Positions 14,001 to 37,278 of a DNA stretch of 64,000 bases are shown one piece after another. The position numbers were made by a program, and so were the translations under genes. Location: the NCBI GenBank assembly GCA_046563655.1, contig CM102286.1, positions 11,594,001 through 11,658,000 of the forward strand. Reading direction: 5' to 3'. Each line of letters begins with the position of its first letter. Within the stretch, counting starts at the first letter, position 1. The DNA is from Yuukianura sp. NJ FZ-2021 (lineage: Eukaryota). The notes under the pieces are model-generated. The model searched no databases. It worked only from the letters and a program-made list of their open reading frames with translations, and was not told the origin of the DNA.

Positions 14001-17000
14001 TAGTTAGCTTAACGAAACAATTAAGATTAGGAATAATTTATTTGCCCATCTTTGCACGGGGACCTGGGCCATGTGGGACTTTTAGTGCAATCAATTGGCG
14101 AAAAACAAACTTTTAAATGACAAACTTTGAAACGGTAAAAGACAAAGTTTGAAATGGCAAAATACAAAACTGAAATGGCAAAAGACAAAATTTTAAATGG
14201 CAAAAGACAAAATTTTAAACGGTAAACAACACAATTTGAAATGGTAAAAAGCAAACTTTTAAATGGTAAAAAACAAGCTTTTAAATGGTAAAAAACAAAG
14301 TTTTAAATGGTAAATGACAAAATTTTTAAATGGTAAAAAACAAGTTTAAACGGTAAATGACAAAATTTTTAAATGGTAAAAAACAAGTTTAAACGGTAAA
14401 TGACAAAATTTTTAAATGGGAAAAACAAGCTTTTAAATGGTAAATGACAAAACTTTAAATGGTAAATGACAAAATTTTAAATGGCAAAAAACAAATTTTG
14501 AAATGGTAAAAAAACAAGTTTTTACTGCAATAGAGTTCCTGCAATTGAATTTTTCCTGCAGTTTACTTTTCCTGCAATAAACGTTTCGCCTATTAAAAAT
14601 AGTTTTCGCGCATTGTTTTAATTGGCGAAAAATGCCGTTTTTAATGCGCGAAACGTTTTTTAACGCGCGAAAATTTAAAATAATTTTGCCACCAGAATCC
14701 CTCCATACAGAACAAGTATAAATCTTAGGTACTACTTGAGGTGTTATACCTTACCAATACCAATGTTTAAGAGAATAGACAGAGCACGCTATGGAACTGT
14801 AACAAAATACTGGCGCTAATAGGCGATTATACTTATTTGTTTACATTGCTTTTGAGTGTAGTTAGCTCCATCTCCAAGTGATGGTAACCGAAGTCGCTCG
14901 CCTTCTCTAGGAGGACGTCCTCAGTGGATTGAAAGGGAAATGGCTAGTAGAATCAGAATACCTCATACATTCATGGTTCATACGTACACAAGGCCCACGA
15001 TATGTCACTGCTGCAAGAAACTGCTGAAGGGAATTTTCAAGCAGGGGCTGCAATGCAAAGATTGTAGATACAATGTCCACAAAAAATGTGTCGAGAAAAC
15101 ACCTAAGGACTGCCCGGGGGAAGCACCAAAAGGAACAGGTAAATCTCCCATACATTACGATTACGATGCATATGTCATAAGGTGTAGCCTGTGTGATATG
15201 TTTTACTGAATATGAAAATCAAATGTAGGAGGGATTTTTAGAGATTTACGTTGTCTTTTCTTTAGGTAGTACCGCAGAGTCATTTGAAATTGGAGAAGAT
15301 GACTCCGATGATTCTGGTTCATCACCACAATCTTTTCATAAAGAAACCGACAACGGGAACCAGGATGATGGCAACAAGCCGCCTTCAATAATGGTATTTA
15401 CATACTTAGAGCTTAGCTCGTATACCTTAAGCACAAAATTAATAGCAATAGATATATTAAAAAGCACGCATACATCAACAATTAACGTTATATTTAAACC
15501 GATCATAACTTTCCTAGCCTAACATAATAACGTGAACCTACTTATGTAATTTGGTGATGTAAATGTACGGCGTATGTTCTTGCTTACGTCATGTGTATTG
15601 ATGGGTTTTTATATTGGGCTTTGGTTCTTACCGTCGTTTTGGTTTCCTGGCTCAATACTTTTGTGCATTTTGGACAACATAATGGTAGAGAATACAGCTT
15701 TAGATTTACATTAGTATTTATCTATATTTAACTATTATATACATAATACTTTATTCGCGTATGTAAATAATTTCAGATGGAAGGCAACGCTCGTAGTTAC
15801 GAAAAGAAACGATCATCCAGGTACTTCTATTACAATACGTATACGTATATTATCGTTTGACTACAAATCATACAATGATGATTTTTCGATTATATTTGTA
15901 CCAATTTAGCCCGAGTGAAACAAACAATATTCCGTTGATGAGGATAGTCCAGTCTGTAAAACTCACAAAGAGACGCGGTTCGAAAGTAATTAAAGAAGGT
16001 TGGATGACGCACTACACCAGTAAAGACAGCACGGTAATACAAATAGCTTAATTAAGTTTCAACCTACCTTACAGCTATAAGCGTTTTCCCCGATAACTTT
16101 TTCAATATATGTGGAAATAGGTGAAGACTAATTTTAATTAACATAAGTAGTGGCCATCCGATTAGGCTGCAGCCTAGTTCACCAAATTCCAATGAAGAAA
16201 GTTTTTTATTTCAATATTGCGTGACTATTTCACACGGACTCTAAAATCTTCGTAGTCAAGCCCTCATTGGTCTTCTTCATGTAATCGCATTTTTATTCTT
16301 TAATTTTTTTCCACACAGAGAAAACGGCACTACTGGAGATTGGATACGAAGTGTTTAACACTTTTTCAGAGCGACACAGGAAGTAAATACTATAAGGATA
16401 TCCCTCTATCAGAGATTCTTGCCGTCGAGACAGCGAAAAACCCAGTAAAGCCTGGTAATTTGTAATTTGTATTAAGCTATGAAACAGGATACCTGTTAGA
16501 AGTCTACATATGACTCCTGAATTTGAAGGGGTCATGCATTGCTTCGAAATTCGGACAGCAAGCATAGATTACTTTGTTGGAGAAGATCCTCTACATAAAT
16601 CTCAAAAGGATTCTAACGCAGTTCAGAATCAATCTCCTGAAAGTGGTGTAGGAGCGCAATTGGCGAAGACTTGGGAAAGTGCAATTCGATTACATTGTAT
16701 GGCCGATATTATAAAAGGTAATTAGAACATTCTTGTGGTTTTTACTGCCTTACTCACTGAATGTTCCTCAGTTATAACTACAGTTATAAAACACATGTAG
16801 AACACTACTAAACTATTTTGCATTTAAGTTTGAGTGAAGGTAGTTAGGCATCATTCTGTTAATTCCGTGTTAGTTGCACGGAGTAATTGTATTCTCTCTA
16901 AAATAGTACCAATGTTGTTTGCAGACAAACAAGATGACCGCGAAGAACGGATTTCAGATATCAGTCAGCTCTACCAAATATTTCCGGATGAAATCTTAGG

Positions 17001-19255
17001 ATCCGGACAGTTTGGAATTGTTTATGCAGGTAACGCAGGACACTGAACGCTAATGTTCTTGGGAAAGTTATATACGTAGTATACAATACAATACACGTGA
17101 TTTTCTTTTCCTCCAAACTGCAATTTAGAAGCTCAAGTGATATCTTAATGAGTAAAATATTGTGATTCTGTAAACTAGCAATACAACGGAAAACACACAA
17201 GGCAGCAGCAATAAAGGTGATCGACAAATCAAGATTTCCCACCAAACAAGAAGCACAATTAAAAAATGAAGTGGCGATTCTTCAAAATTTTTCACACCCA
17301 GGTAAGAATTAGTTGTAGAGTGGAATTGAATAATGAATACCCTTTGGATAATCAATCATATTAATCATATAGTTGGAGTTTACATCAAATACGCTCGAAT
17401 TGTTTACTTGGATTTTGAATACTATGAATTCGGAACATTTAAGAATCGTATAAATTCATTCTAACAATTTTCACCCTCCATACCCGACTTTTACCGAAGA
17501 TTTACTGTATTTTACTTAAGTAATTTTATTTCACCGCTCCTTTTCTTTCAGTAGCTTTAACCACTCTTGTACTTTTCCAGGCGTTGTTAATTTGGAACGA
17601 ATGTTCGAGACACCAGAACGCATATTTGTGGTCATGGAAAAATTGAAAGGAGACATGCTGGAGATGATTCTCTCAAATGAGAAAGGGAGACTTTCGGAAA
17701 GAGTTACAAAATATTTGATCACACAGGTTTGTTCTGTTCACAACTGCTTGTCACTCATTCCAGAGCTTCCAGTCCCGTTTGGGGCAGTAGTTGACTCAAT
17801 TTTGAGATTTTGAATTTTACTAGATCTTGGTGGCTCTCAAGCATCTTCATAGTAAAAACATTGTCCACTGCGACCTAAAGCCTGAGAACGTCCTTCTGTC
17901 TTCGGATTCCGATCTTCCGCAAGTAAAACTGTGCGACTTTGGATTTGCCAGAATTATAGGCGAAAAATCCTTCAGAAGATCAGTTGTCGGGACCCCTGCG
18001 TACCTAGGTAACGGAATATTTCCAAATATTAGCCGCAAAATTCTGGAATATTGCGGTACTTTTGCTTTTGGGTCACAGGTTAATGGATTCATGGGATTAT
18101 ACCTTGTTAATTTATGACTGTACCTCGAATGTACATTGAGTTGTAATCGTCGTTTTTTTAACTCCCTATATTGTCTTTCCATTCTGTCATGGTTACAGCT
18201 CCGGAGGTGTTGCGGAACAAAGGATATAACCGTTCCCTTGACATGTGGAGTGTTGGAGTAATAATCTATGTGAGTCTCAGTGGCACATTTCCCTTCAATG
18301 ATGATGAAGATATCAACGACCAGATACAAAACGCTGAATTTATGTACCCGCCTAATCCATGGAAAACGATATCTCACGGAGGTAATATAAAAATGTTGAA
18401 TGGATCGCTTCATTTTATGCTTTAGTTAAGTAGACGCGGCCTCTTACGCTTTTGTACGAAGCCGGTCAACTAAAAATAGTAATTGCACGGCTGTCTATTG
18501 TTCATTTCATCTAAATCCTGATCGCATGAAACGAAATATACTGCTTGCTTGCAATACAAAATGCAATTTCAAAAGCTTATTTTAAATGTGTTTTGTCTTT
18601 ACACAGCTATTGATCTGATTAATAACCTGTTGCAAGTGAAGCAACGCAAACGGTTCACGGTGGACAAGTCTTGTGCTCACCCATGGCTTCAGGTAAGTCA
18701 AAATCTTAAAAAATCTAAAACTGCTCAAAGTCCCTCAGCACAAATTCATCTTTATCAAATTCATTTTTATCGACAGATTTGTATGTGAAGCGTATGACTG
18801 CAAATGAGTTTAACTAATAGAATAATTTGAATTTGAAGCACCCAGAACTATAGCTACTGACAAATAATCACTTACTACAAACATAAAGCGTCCCTGTGTT
18901 TTAAAAAGTACGAAACGAAGAAAATCTACTTTTGAGTGATTTTTGTGGGTTTAAATGGGGTAACGTATAAAGTTCGTTCGCAAAGTGTTTAGCACGGGAC
19001 TTTCGTAGAGATACGACATTTTAATGTTGATTATGTCATTTATTATGTGCGGTCTGCTTTCAGGATTATCAAACTTGGTTGGACCTTCGTGAATTGGAAC
19101 TTCAGGTTGGGGATCGCTACCTTACACATGAATCTGACGATGCTAGATGGGAATCTTATAGACAAGAAAATTTTGGACACTTATCAACGCAAAGACCCAC
19201 TAACATGACTTCCATTCCTAGCCTTACAACGTCTATGCCATCCATGCGCCTTTAG
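11073..19255 (+). CDS. PKD: Serine/threonine protein kinase D
   Basis: About 17 exons. N-terminus [17 protein letters not shown]1a [35 protein letters not shown]1b [23 protein letters not shown] domain [17 protein letters not shown]; kinase motifs [21 protein letters not shown] and [24 protein letters not shown]. Stop TAG at 19253-19255. Confidence 0.97.
12536..14707. mobile_element. Non-autonomous foldback DNA transposon in a PKD intron
   Basis: Left arm 12536-13483 is the near-perfect reverse complement of right arm 13715-14707, separated by a 231-bp AT-rich spacer. Termini are TATGGAGGGA...TCCCTCCATA. Direct repeat CAGAAC flanks it at 12530-12535 and 14708-14713. The arms contain ~21-23-bp tandem subrepeats (TTTTACCATTTAAAATTTTGTC-like). 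No transposase ORF. Confidence 0.95.
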
Positions 19256-19768
19256 GCACACAGTTTTTAAATTTTAATCTTTTTTTTACTCTTTTATAAA
19301 TACTCAGGAAATAAATACTGTCTACACTCTACAGAAATGTATTGTGAATTGATTTTAATGGCGAACGAAGCTGGCGAGTTTAGAGGCTGATTTTAATGGC
19401 GAGTGTAGAGTTGAAATCTGGATTCTAATAAGAGATCGAAGGTCTACAGTTTTGAAAATGCTAAAATTTATTATTAAGCAGCGAAGCTACTTTATAACGT
19501 GGTTCGGGTATGTCCGTCTGTTTACGGTGACAGAGAAAACGTTTGTCTGCATCTGCTAAACGAAATCCCTCAAAACAAAACAACTAAATATTCATCCTTA
19601 GTTAATCCGTTTGGGCAAACAGCGGTTTATTGAACGTTTCCACCAGCAAAATGTTTTACATATTCAGATTAAGGCTAATCACGGTTAGTACAGCGGACGA
19701 GCTAAACGTTAATTCTTACCATTTCAGCATGTAAGGTAGTTAAAATAGGAAGATATAAAATAGATGGC

Positions 19769-27307
<7,539 letters not shown>

Positions 27308-28345
27308 GGCCAAGCGATTCTAATTTCCTTCCTGGCGTGTTGTATCTAAAAGCATTTTACAAATTAGTTACAGATATGTTGTGAACCAATTCTGGAAAAA
27401 TAGTTACCATTCAAAAGGTTTTGGAATAAGATATAATTCAGATAAAAAATTACACCCGAAAGTCAATGTACAGCGTGTCAGACTAAAAACTGAACACCTT
27501 CAGCGTAAACAATTTGTTTATTTTTCAAACCATGAGGGGATTTCTGAGCTCATTTCTAAATTATTGAAAATCTTGAACATATCAAAATTAATTACTGGAA
27601 AAGTTTGCAAATATCACTCCATGTTTTGCAAATTTTGCAGTGGTTGTCAAGGGAATTATTTTGGGGTGTTCAGGTTTTAATTTGACACGCTGTATACTTA
27701 AATAAATAAACATACAAAACTAATACTGATGCTCCAAGGTAAATTTATACATGTTTCAAATAAGTTTTGTAAAAATAATTTGCAGCAGAAACGTCTTCTT
27801 AATTTCAACTTTGTAGTGTTTCGAGAAGAGACTTTTGTAAATAGACTTATAAGCGACTAACGGTTTTAGTCATAATATCTAGATGAAAAGTCAAAATATT
27901 GATAATGCCACAAATAATAAAAATAGAACTAACCTGATTTATTGTTAATATTTTCGTTGTTTTAACAGCGACTTAAAATGCGGACAGTTCTACACAAATC
28001 CGTTTCCCTAATGTTAACTTAAATTTCTGTAATGACTTCCGTATTACAGAAACTTGGTCCCAAATATTACCGTAAACTGTTGTAATTAATTTCAAATGTC
28101 TATCAGATTACTCTGACTCATTTTAAAATTTTCTTAAGATCTCTTCGGGCGGTGTCTCACCCGGGAGGATGAGGAAAGAAAATAGGTTATCGCCATAAAA
28201 GGGAAAAATAAACAAGTAACCAGGCATCACTAATCCACCTATATCTCAGATAAACCTCGTAGACTACGAGTCGTGGCTCCATAAATAGGTTAGGTATGTA
28301 CATATGTCTCCTGTAAACGACACAAAAATGCATATTATGTTGGAC

Positions 28346-28577
28346 CGAGGTTCCTTCACAACCGAATTGTTTTTCCTACGACAGGTTGTCCAATAACTCA
28401 GGGTCCCCTCCCCCTCCCCCCAGATTTTCCCCCAATTCCTATTACATTACATGTAAATCACTTCCATAGTAAAGCACTTCGAGGCAAGTTTTGCAAATTA
28501 TTTAACACAAAATTAAAAACGTCGAGTTATTGGACAACCTGGTGTAGAAAAACATTTTTGTTTGTTTACAAACCTTG
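28346..28577. mobile_element. MITE family A, copy 1 (8-bp TSD, P/hAT-like)
   Basis: Termini CGAGGTT...AACCTTG. TSD TGTTGGAC/TGTTGGTC (28338-28345, 28578-28585; one mismatch). Internal inverted repeat CAGGTTGTCCAATAACTC/GAGTTATTGGACAACCTG. Homologous in reverse orientation to 39510-39745. Confidence 0.85.
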
Positions 28578-28749
28578 TGTTGGTCGGATCACGCAACTTA
28601 TGTATGCGTTTCTATAACATCAACAGAGCTAGCTCTAAATTACAACCGCAATTTTGTAACTCCGTTCTTGAGAAAAAAAAATCAGTGAAGAGTTGTATAC
28701 AGTTTGCGCCAAATTACATAACTTACTCATGCTGTTATACTACACATAG

Positions 28750-30224
28750 GGGTCGGAATCCGGAACGGGTTTCTTAAAATCCGGATTTCGGATTTTGACG
28801 GATTTCAATCCTGAAATCCGGATTTAATTCCGGATTTCAATTTCTGTGTTAACTCCCATAAGAAATTCAAAATTGATTTAAGCTGTCGGAATTGCAGGTT
28901 GGAAACACTCGTAGCTAAAACCTTGATGATAAATTTGGCGTGTTTATTTTTTGAATCAAATTACTAGTGTTGAAAAAAAATGAAACATTGGCACAACATT
29001 AGCACAACATTGGCACAACATTGGCACAACATTACAACATTGGTACAACATTGGCACAACATTACAACATTGGTACAACATTGGCACAACATTAGCACAA
29101 CATTGGCACAACATTAGCACAACATTGGCACAACATTGGCACATCATTACAACATTGGCACAACATTGGCACAACATTAGCACAACATTAGCACAACATT
29201 GGCACAACATTGGCACAACATTGGCACAACATTGGCACAACATTGGCACAACACTAGCACAACATTGGCACAACATTAGCACAACATTGGCACAACATTA
29301 GCACAACATTAGCACAACAGTACCACAACATTGGCACAACATTAGCACAACATTAGCACAACATTGGCACAACATTACAACATTGGTACAACATTGGCAC
29401 AACATTACAACATTGGTACAACATTGGCACAACATTAGCACAACATTGGCACAACATTAGCACAACATTGGCACAACATTGGCACAACATTACAACATTG
29501 GTACAACATTGGCACAACATTACAACATTGGTACAACATTGGCACAACATTAGCACAACATTGGCACAACATTAGCACAACATTGGCACAACATTGGCAC
29601 ATCATTACAACATTGGCACAACATTGGCACAACATTAGCACAACATTGGCACAACATTGGCACAACATTGGCACAACATTGGCACAACATTGGCACAACA
29701 CTAGCACAACATTGGCACATCATTACAACATTGGCACAACATTGGCACAACATTAGCACAACATTGGCACAACATTAGCACAACAGTACCACAACATTGG
29801 CACAACATTAGCACAACATTAGCACAACATTGGCACAACATTACAACATTGGTACAACATTGGCACAACATTGGCACAACATTGGCACAACATTAGCACG
29901 ACATTAGCACAACATTGGCACAACATTGGCACAACATTAGCACAACATTGGCACAACATTGGCACAACATTAGCACAACATTGGCACAACATTAGCACAA
30001 CATTAGCACAACATTGGCACAACAATACAAAATACGGTATTTTACGAACCCTGAAATTGAGTAAATCTGAGGTTGGATATTTTTTTGATACCGCACATGC
30101 ACTCGAATAGCTCTTGAAATCCGTAGAAATCCGGATTTCAGTATTTAAAAATCCGGATTTTGGATAATCCGAATCCGTCAAAAATGCGGATTTGAATCCG
30201 GAGCCAAAATCCGGATTCCGACCC
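28750..30224. mobile_element. TIR element (8-9-bp TSD) carrying an internal satellite array
   Basis: 15-bp TIRs GGGTCGGAATCCGGA/TCCGGATTCCGACCC. Flanks TACACATAG (28741-28749) and AACACATAG (30225-30233). Multiple subterminal AATCCGGATT palindromes at both ends. Confidence 0.85.
28984..30025. repeat. Tandem array of an 11-bp unit (GGCACAACATT and variants), about 1.04 kb
   Basis: Roughly 95 units GGCACAACATT/AGCACAACATT/GGTACAACATT plus 8-bp deletion units. It produces the spurious MLCQCCANVVP and AQHWHNI ORFs. Confidence 0.98.
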
Positions 30225-31419
30225 AACACATAGCAGATAATCATGAACCTTTGGCAAACCGCCTGCAACACCTAAAAGGAATGTGTGGACAGAGTTTGTT
30301 GACCCTCATTTGACCCTCCACGTCGTCCACTAGTCGGATTTTTCCATTTGCAGATAATGTGCCTTAATAACATTGAAAAAATTAAGCCTTAACAACAATT
30401 CTGTGAGTGTATAAACAACTCTAATAAATAGCCCTGAACTTTGACGCGCTGCTTCGCTGACAAGCTTTACGGCTACTTCTCTATGACGTTTAAAGCGGTT
30501 TACTTTGTTTCCATGTTTGTCTTGTTTTAACATTTACCATTATGTTTGCAAAATTATACATTGTGTATTCTTGTGTCTCTTCCTTTCCCCAAAATTCTAT
30601 TCTCAAAAAAGCTTCACCTTTGTGGATTTGTTCAAATTTCTTGCTTATGCTTGGAGAGAATTTAAGCGAAAAATCGAATGAAAAATTTCAACGCAAATAA
30701 TTATTGCCCGAGTGGTGATGCCGTGTTCTAGGGTTACGTATAGTATTGTACAATTTGTATACTATGTTCCAAGCTGAATTGTATAAAATCTGTAGAGACA
30801 ATTGAAAATTCAATTTGTACTAATGTGTACCGTGTGAATATAGGCTCCGTAAAAAAGTCGTACGAACTCTGCCTTTACTCATACAGAACAATCCGCAGAA
30901 TCCGAGGAGTAGTACGACCATTGAGGAGGTATGCAAATGAGACCTCGGACCGCTGATTACAATGAGTACAATACTGTTTGGCTAACATTTTATGCAGCAC
31001 CACATGTGCTTCGGTTCCATTGTGAATTTGCGGGCTAGGAGTGGCACACTGCCACTGCAAACAGTTTTCTTTCACGAATACAGAGTACGAGTCCACTGTG
31101 GTTAATCTTCAAAGAAGGTACGGTACCATGTTGAATTAAATTCCAGCTGTTTACTTTAATTTATTGTTGTTCTGGTGTAACGAACGTATTCGAAATGATT
31201 GCCATTTACCTACATATTAGCGAGCAGTTCGGAATTCATCTCGCGTGGGCTGGGGACAACTTGTAAATCAGCTGTTTTGTATGTTAGGTCGGGAAAGCCT
31301 CAAAAAACCTTGGGACAATTTCTGTTGGATAAGTTAGTGTTTTAGTTTTTCTAAATGTTAAGTTAGGAAGTGAGAAAGTTTGAGCGCGATTTTCTCTGTG
31401 ACGTCACTGCAACTACTGG

Positions 31420-33640
31420 AAACGTCTATGCAAACATTGTCAGACCTCGACGAGAAGATCAAAGAATTCATTTTGGATAGATCGATTTGATGAAATTCAA
31501 CGGAGATTTAACGGACTGGTTGGGTTGGTGGGCCCAGTTTAAGAAGATTGATGAAGATGAGGAGCTCCACAATTCAGACAAATTCAGTTACCTGGTGCAG
31601 TCCATGGTGTTGGGCTCACGTGCAGAAGAAGTTGTGAAGCGATATCCCCAGTCTTCTGAAAATTACCCGAAAGCCCTTGCTGCACTGAAGGAACGATTTG
31701 GCAAGGAGAAGTTGCTGAAGCAAGTGTATGTCCGTGAGCTAATCAAATTGATTCTGGACAATCGCTCAAAGGAAAAGACATCACTGGCTACACTAATTTT
31801 GGGAAGGACGGATCAAGAGAAAATCTGAAGATTGAAATTGAGAATGAGGAACAGCGGAAGTTAGCCCGGTCTGGATTCGGCCTCATCCCAGAAAAACGGA
31901 AAAATCAGAATCGACCACAACATGCAGATGAAGATGTTCCAACTTCAGCTGGACTTTTCAGTGGAACAAGTGGAGGTGGGAAGGCAGGAAAAGTCTCATG
32001 CATTTTTTGTGAGAAGCCCCACGACTCCAACAATTGTTACAAAGCCCAGAAGATGAAGTTGGAAGAGAAGAAGGAAATTGCATCCAAGAAACGTGCTTGT
32101 TTTTCGTGTCTAAAAATTGGTCATGTCGTCTCAAAGTGCCCCATTCGTGTTAAGTGCTTAATTTGTGGGAAGAGACATGCTATTCTTTTGTGTCCTGGCC
32201 CAGAAGCGAAACCAAAAGTGGCTACTGAGGAGCAGACAGTTCTGAGCAGTTTGAACTGTACCAGTGAAGTGCTCCTTCGTACACTAATTGTTCGATTGGA
32301 AAATCCAGTGACTCATCAAACCACGAAACGTGAGAATGATTTTGGATTGTGGTTCCCAAAAATCCTACATTCTCAAGAAGACTGCAGAGGCCCTGAATTT
32401 AGATGTGAAGGAGACTGTCACTCATGAATCACTTGCTGTTTATGAAGTCGTGGGAAACCGACATTCAATTTTGGGAATCGGAGTCACCGCAGACATTAGA
32501 AATAGCATTTCTAATGATTGACGTTAATGAGAGTGACCGGAAGTATCTCCAGTTTCTTTGGTGGGAGCAGTTATCCTACATCACTTGGCCAAAAATAGGA
32601 GTGTGGCACCGACTGTCGTGAGTTTAGTGGAAAAGTCCCTTTACGTTGACAATTTGGTTTTTGCAGTAGACGGAGAAAGTGACCTTGGAACTATTCGTGA
32701 GGTGTCTACTTCAATTATGTCAACAGCCAAGATGGAACTACGACAGTGGGAACAAAGTGGTATTTGTGGTGAACAGTTTGTGACTAGTGTTTTGGGTCTA
32801 AAATGGAATAAGAAGACTGACACTCTGTTTTGTGACTCTGTTCCATTTGAAATACCACTTAAAATTACTAAAAGAGTAATTTTGTCTGTTTTTCAGAAAC
32901 AAAAAGCCTAAAATTCAAATTCCCAGTCAGAAGCATTTGACACTACCAAATCAGTCATCGAGGGTCTACGAGTCGTCAGAGATGAAGAGGGCATAGTTAG
33001 AGTGTCTATTGCTTTGTTTCGTTCGTTTCTGCAAACGTAAGCAAAGACCGTCAATTGTTTACTCGGACAATGGAACTAACTTTGTAGGTGCCGTGAACCT
33101 GTTCAAGAAGATTGACAACTGGAGACAGCACTTTGTGAGTCATCGTGCCAACACTGAAGAAGGAGCAAAAGAATCTACAGCAGCTCCACCAAGAAATCAG
33201 AGATCGTTTGGCCAGAATCCGGACGAAAAACGGAACTCAGCTTCGTCCCATACAACGTTTGATTCCACTGGAGATTCGGCATGACGTCACAGAAATCGTC
33301 ACTGATGAAGAGCCGAAGAGTGGAGTCAAGAAGAGCATCACAAAGCCAAGAAAACTCCAGGAACACATTTCAAGTTTAAAGGTTAGTTTAATTTGATTGG
33401 CTAAGTTATGGTTTCATTTTTGAGTTTAAAATTAAGTTTACATTTTAAATGTTTCACTTTCTGAGTTTTCTTTCCAATTGGTTAAAGTTTCTTCGGTAAT
33501 TGTTTACCTCAGAAAGTGGGAAGAAATGTTAACAAGTAAGAACGTGTTGAGATAGAAGTACAAGAGAAGAATCTGTAAGGATTAGGATTGGAATTAATCG
33601 GTTTGATTAATTAAAAGTATCATCTGGTCGTTTTTCTACA
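31420..33640 (+). mobile_element. Decayed BEL/Pao LTR retrotransposon (gag-pol remnants, PPT, probable 3' LTR)
   Basis: BEL gag KFNGDLTDWLGWWAQF..DKFSYL..ALKERFG; three Cys-His knuckles (CIFCEKPH..C, CFSCLKIGH..C, CLICGKRH..LC); protease ILDCGSQKSY; RT SLYVDN; VLGLKWN; integrase IVYSDNGTNFVGA; terminal RPIQRLIPLE. Frameshifts and stops are present. Purine tract 33511-33526 is followed by TGTT...CA (33527-~33640). No matching 5' LTR seen. Confidence 0.92.
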
Positions 33641-33994
33641 ATTTCAAAATACGAGGCGTGAATATTTGATGATTGTGAGTGCGTGGTGCTTTTCTTAATC
33701 AGAAATTGGACTTCACAATTCCGTTACTATTGATTTACTCCTTTGTGCCGTAGCCGGTTGCTGGTAATCTAAAAATTAAAGAATCGCCAGTTCTTGCGAT
33801 TGGCAACCAGCACCTCAAAATAAGATGGAAAGCTACAAAAATGTTAAACGTTAATTTCCAAAGCGTTACCCAAATTATAACCAAAACCAAACTCTTTGAA
33901 AATTTCAAACTGACCCTGTTTTCTGACGAAAGTTAAGATGATCTTAAATGATCATCCCCATGCCCATGCGAGAAACTGCTCCTGTATTACTTAA

Positions 33995-34063
33995 TGGAAT
34001 GGAAAGATTTCTATATATTAATAATATATAGAAATATTTCCATTCCACGTGACACGTGAGTCA
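33995..34063. promoter_or_regulatory. AdSS proximal promoter: 53-bp palindrome, two tandem E-boxes and an AP-1 site
   Basis: Arms 33995-34020 and 34022-34047 (26 bp, one mismatch). CACGTG at 34046-34051 and 34053-34058, TGAGTCA at 34057-34063, about 80 bp upstream of the ATG. Confidence 0.55.
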
Positions 34064-34143
34064 TTCATGACTTTCCGGGTGATCAAAATTATAATTTTCA
34101 AGTTACAGGCTTTAGGAGTGGAAGAATAGAAGCAACATACAAC

Positions 34144-37278
<3,135 letters not shown>

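Noticed and set aside
12547..14254. Paired ORFs 12922-13170 (+) and 14027-14254 (-), plus neighbouring short ORFs
   Set aside because: They are mirror translations of the foldback arms, with no transposase or other recognisable motifs.
28956..30271. Cys-rich ORFs (MLCQCCANVVP)n and His/Trp-rich ORF (AQHWHNI)n as metallothionein-like proteins, or the array as a CRISPR
   Set aside because: They are translations of an 11-bp tandem repeat, with the same peptide appearing in all frames. There are no unique spacers, no cas genes and no splice context.
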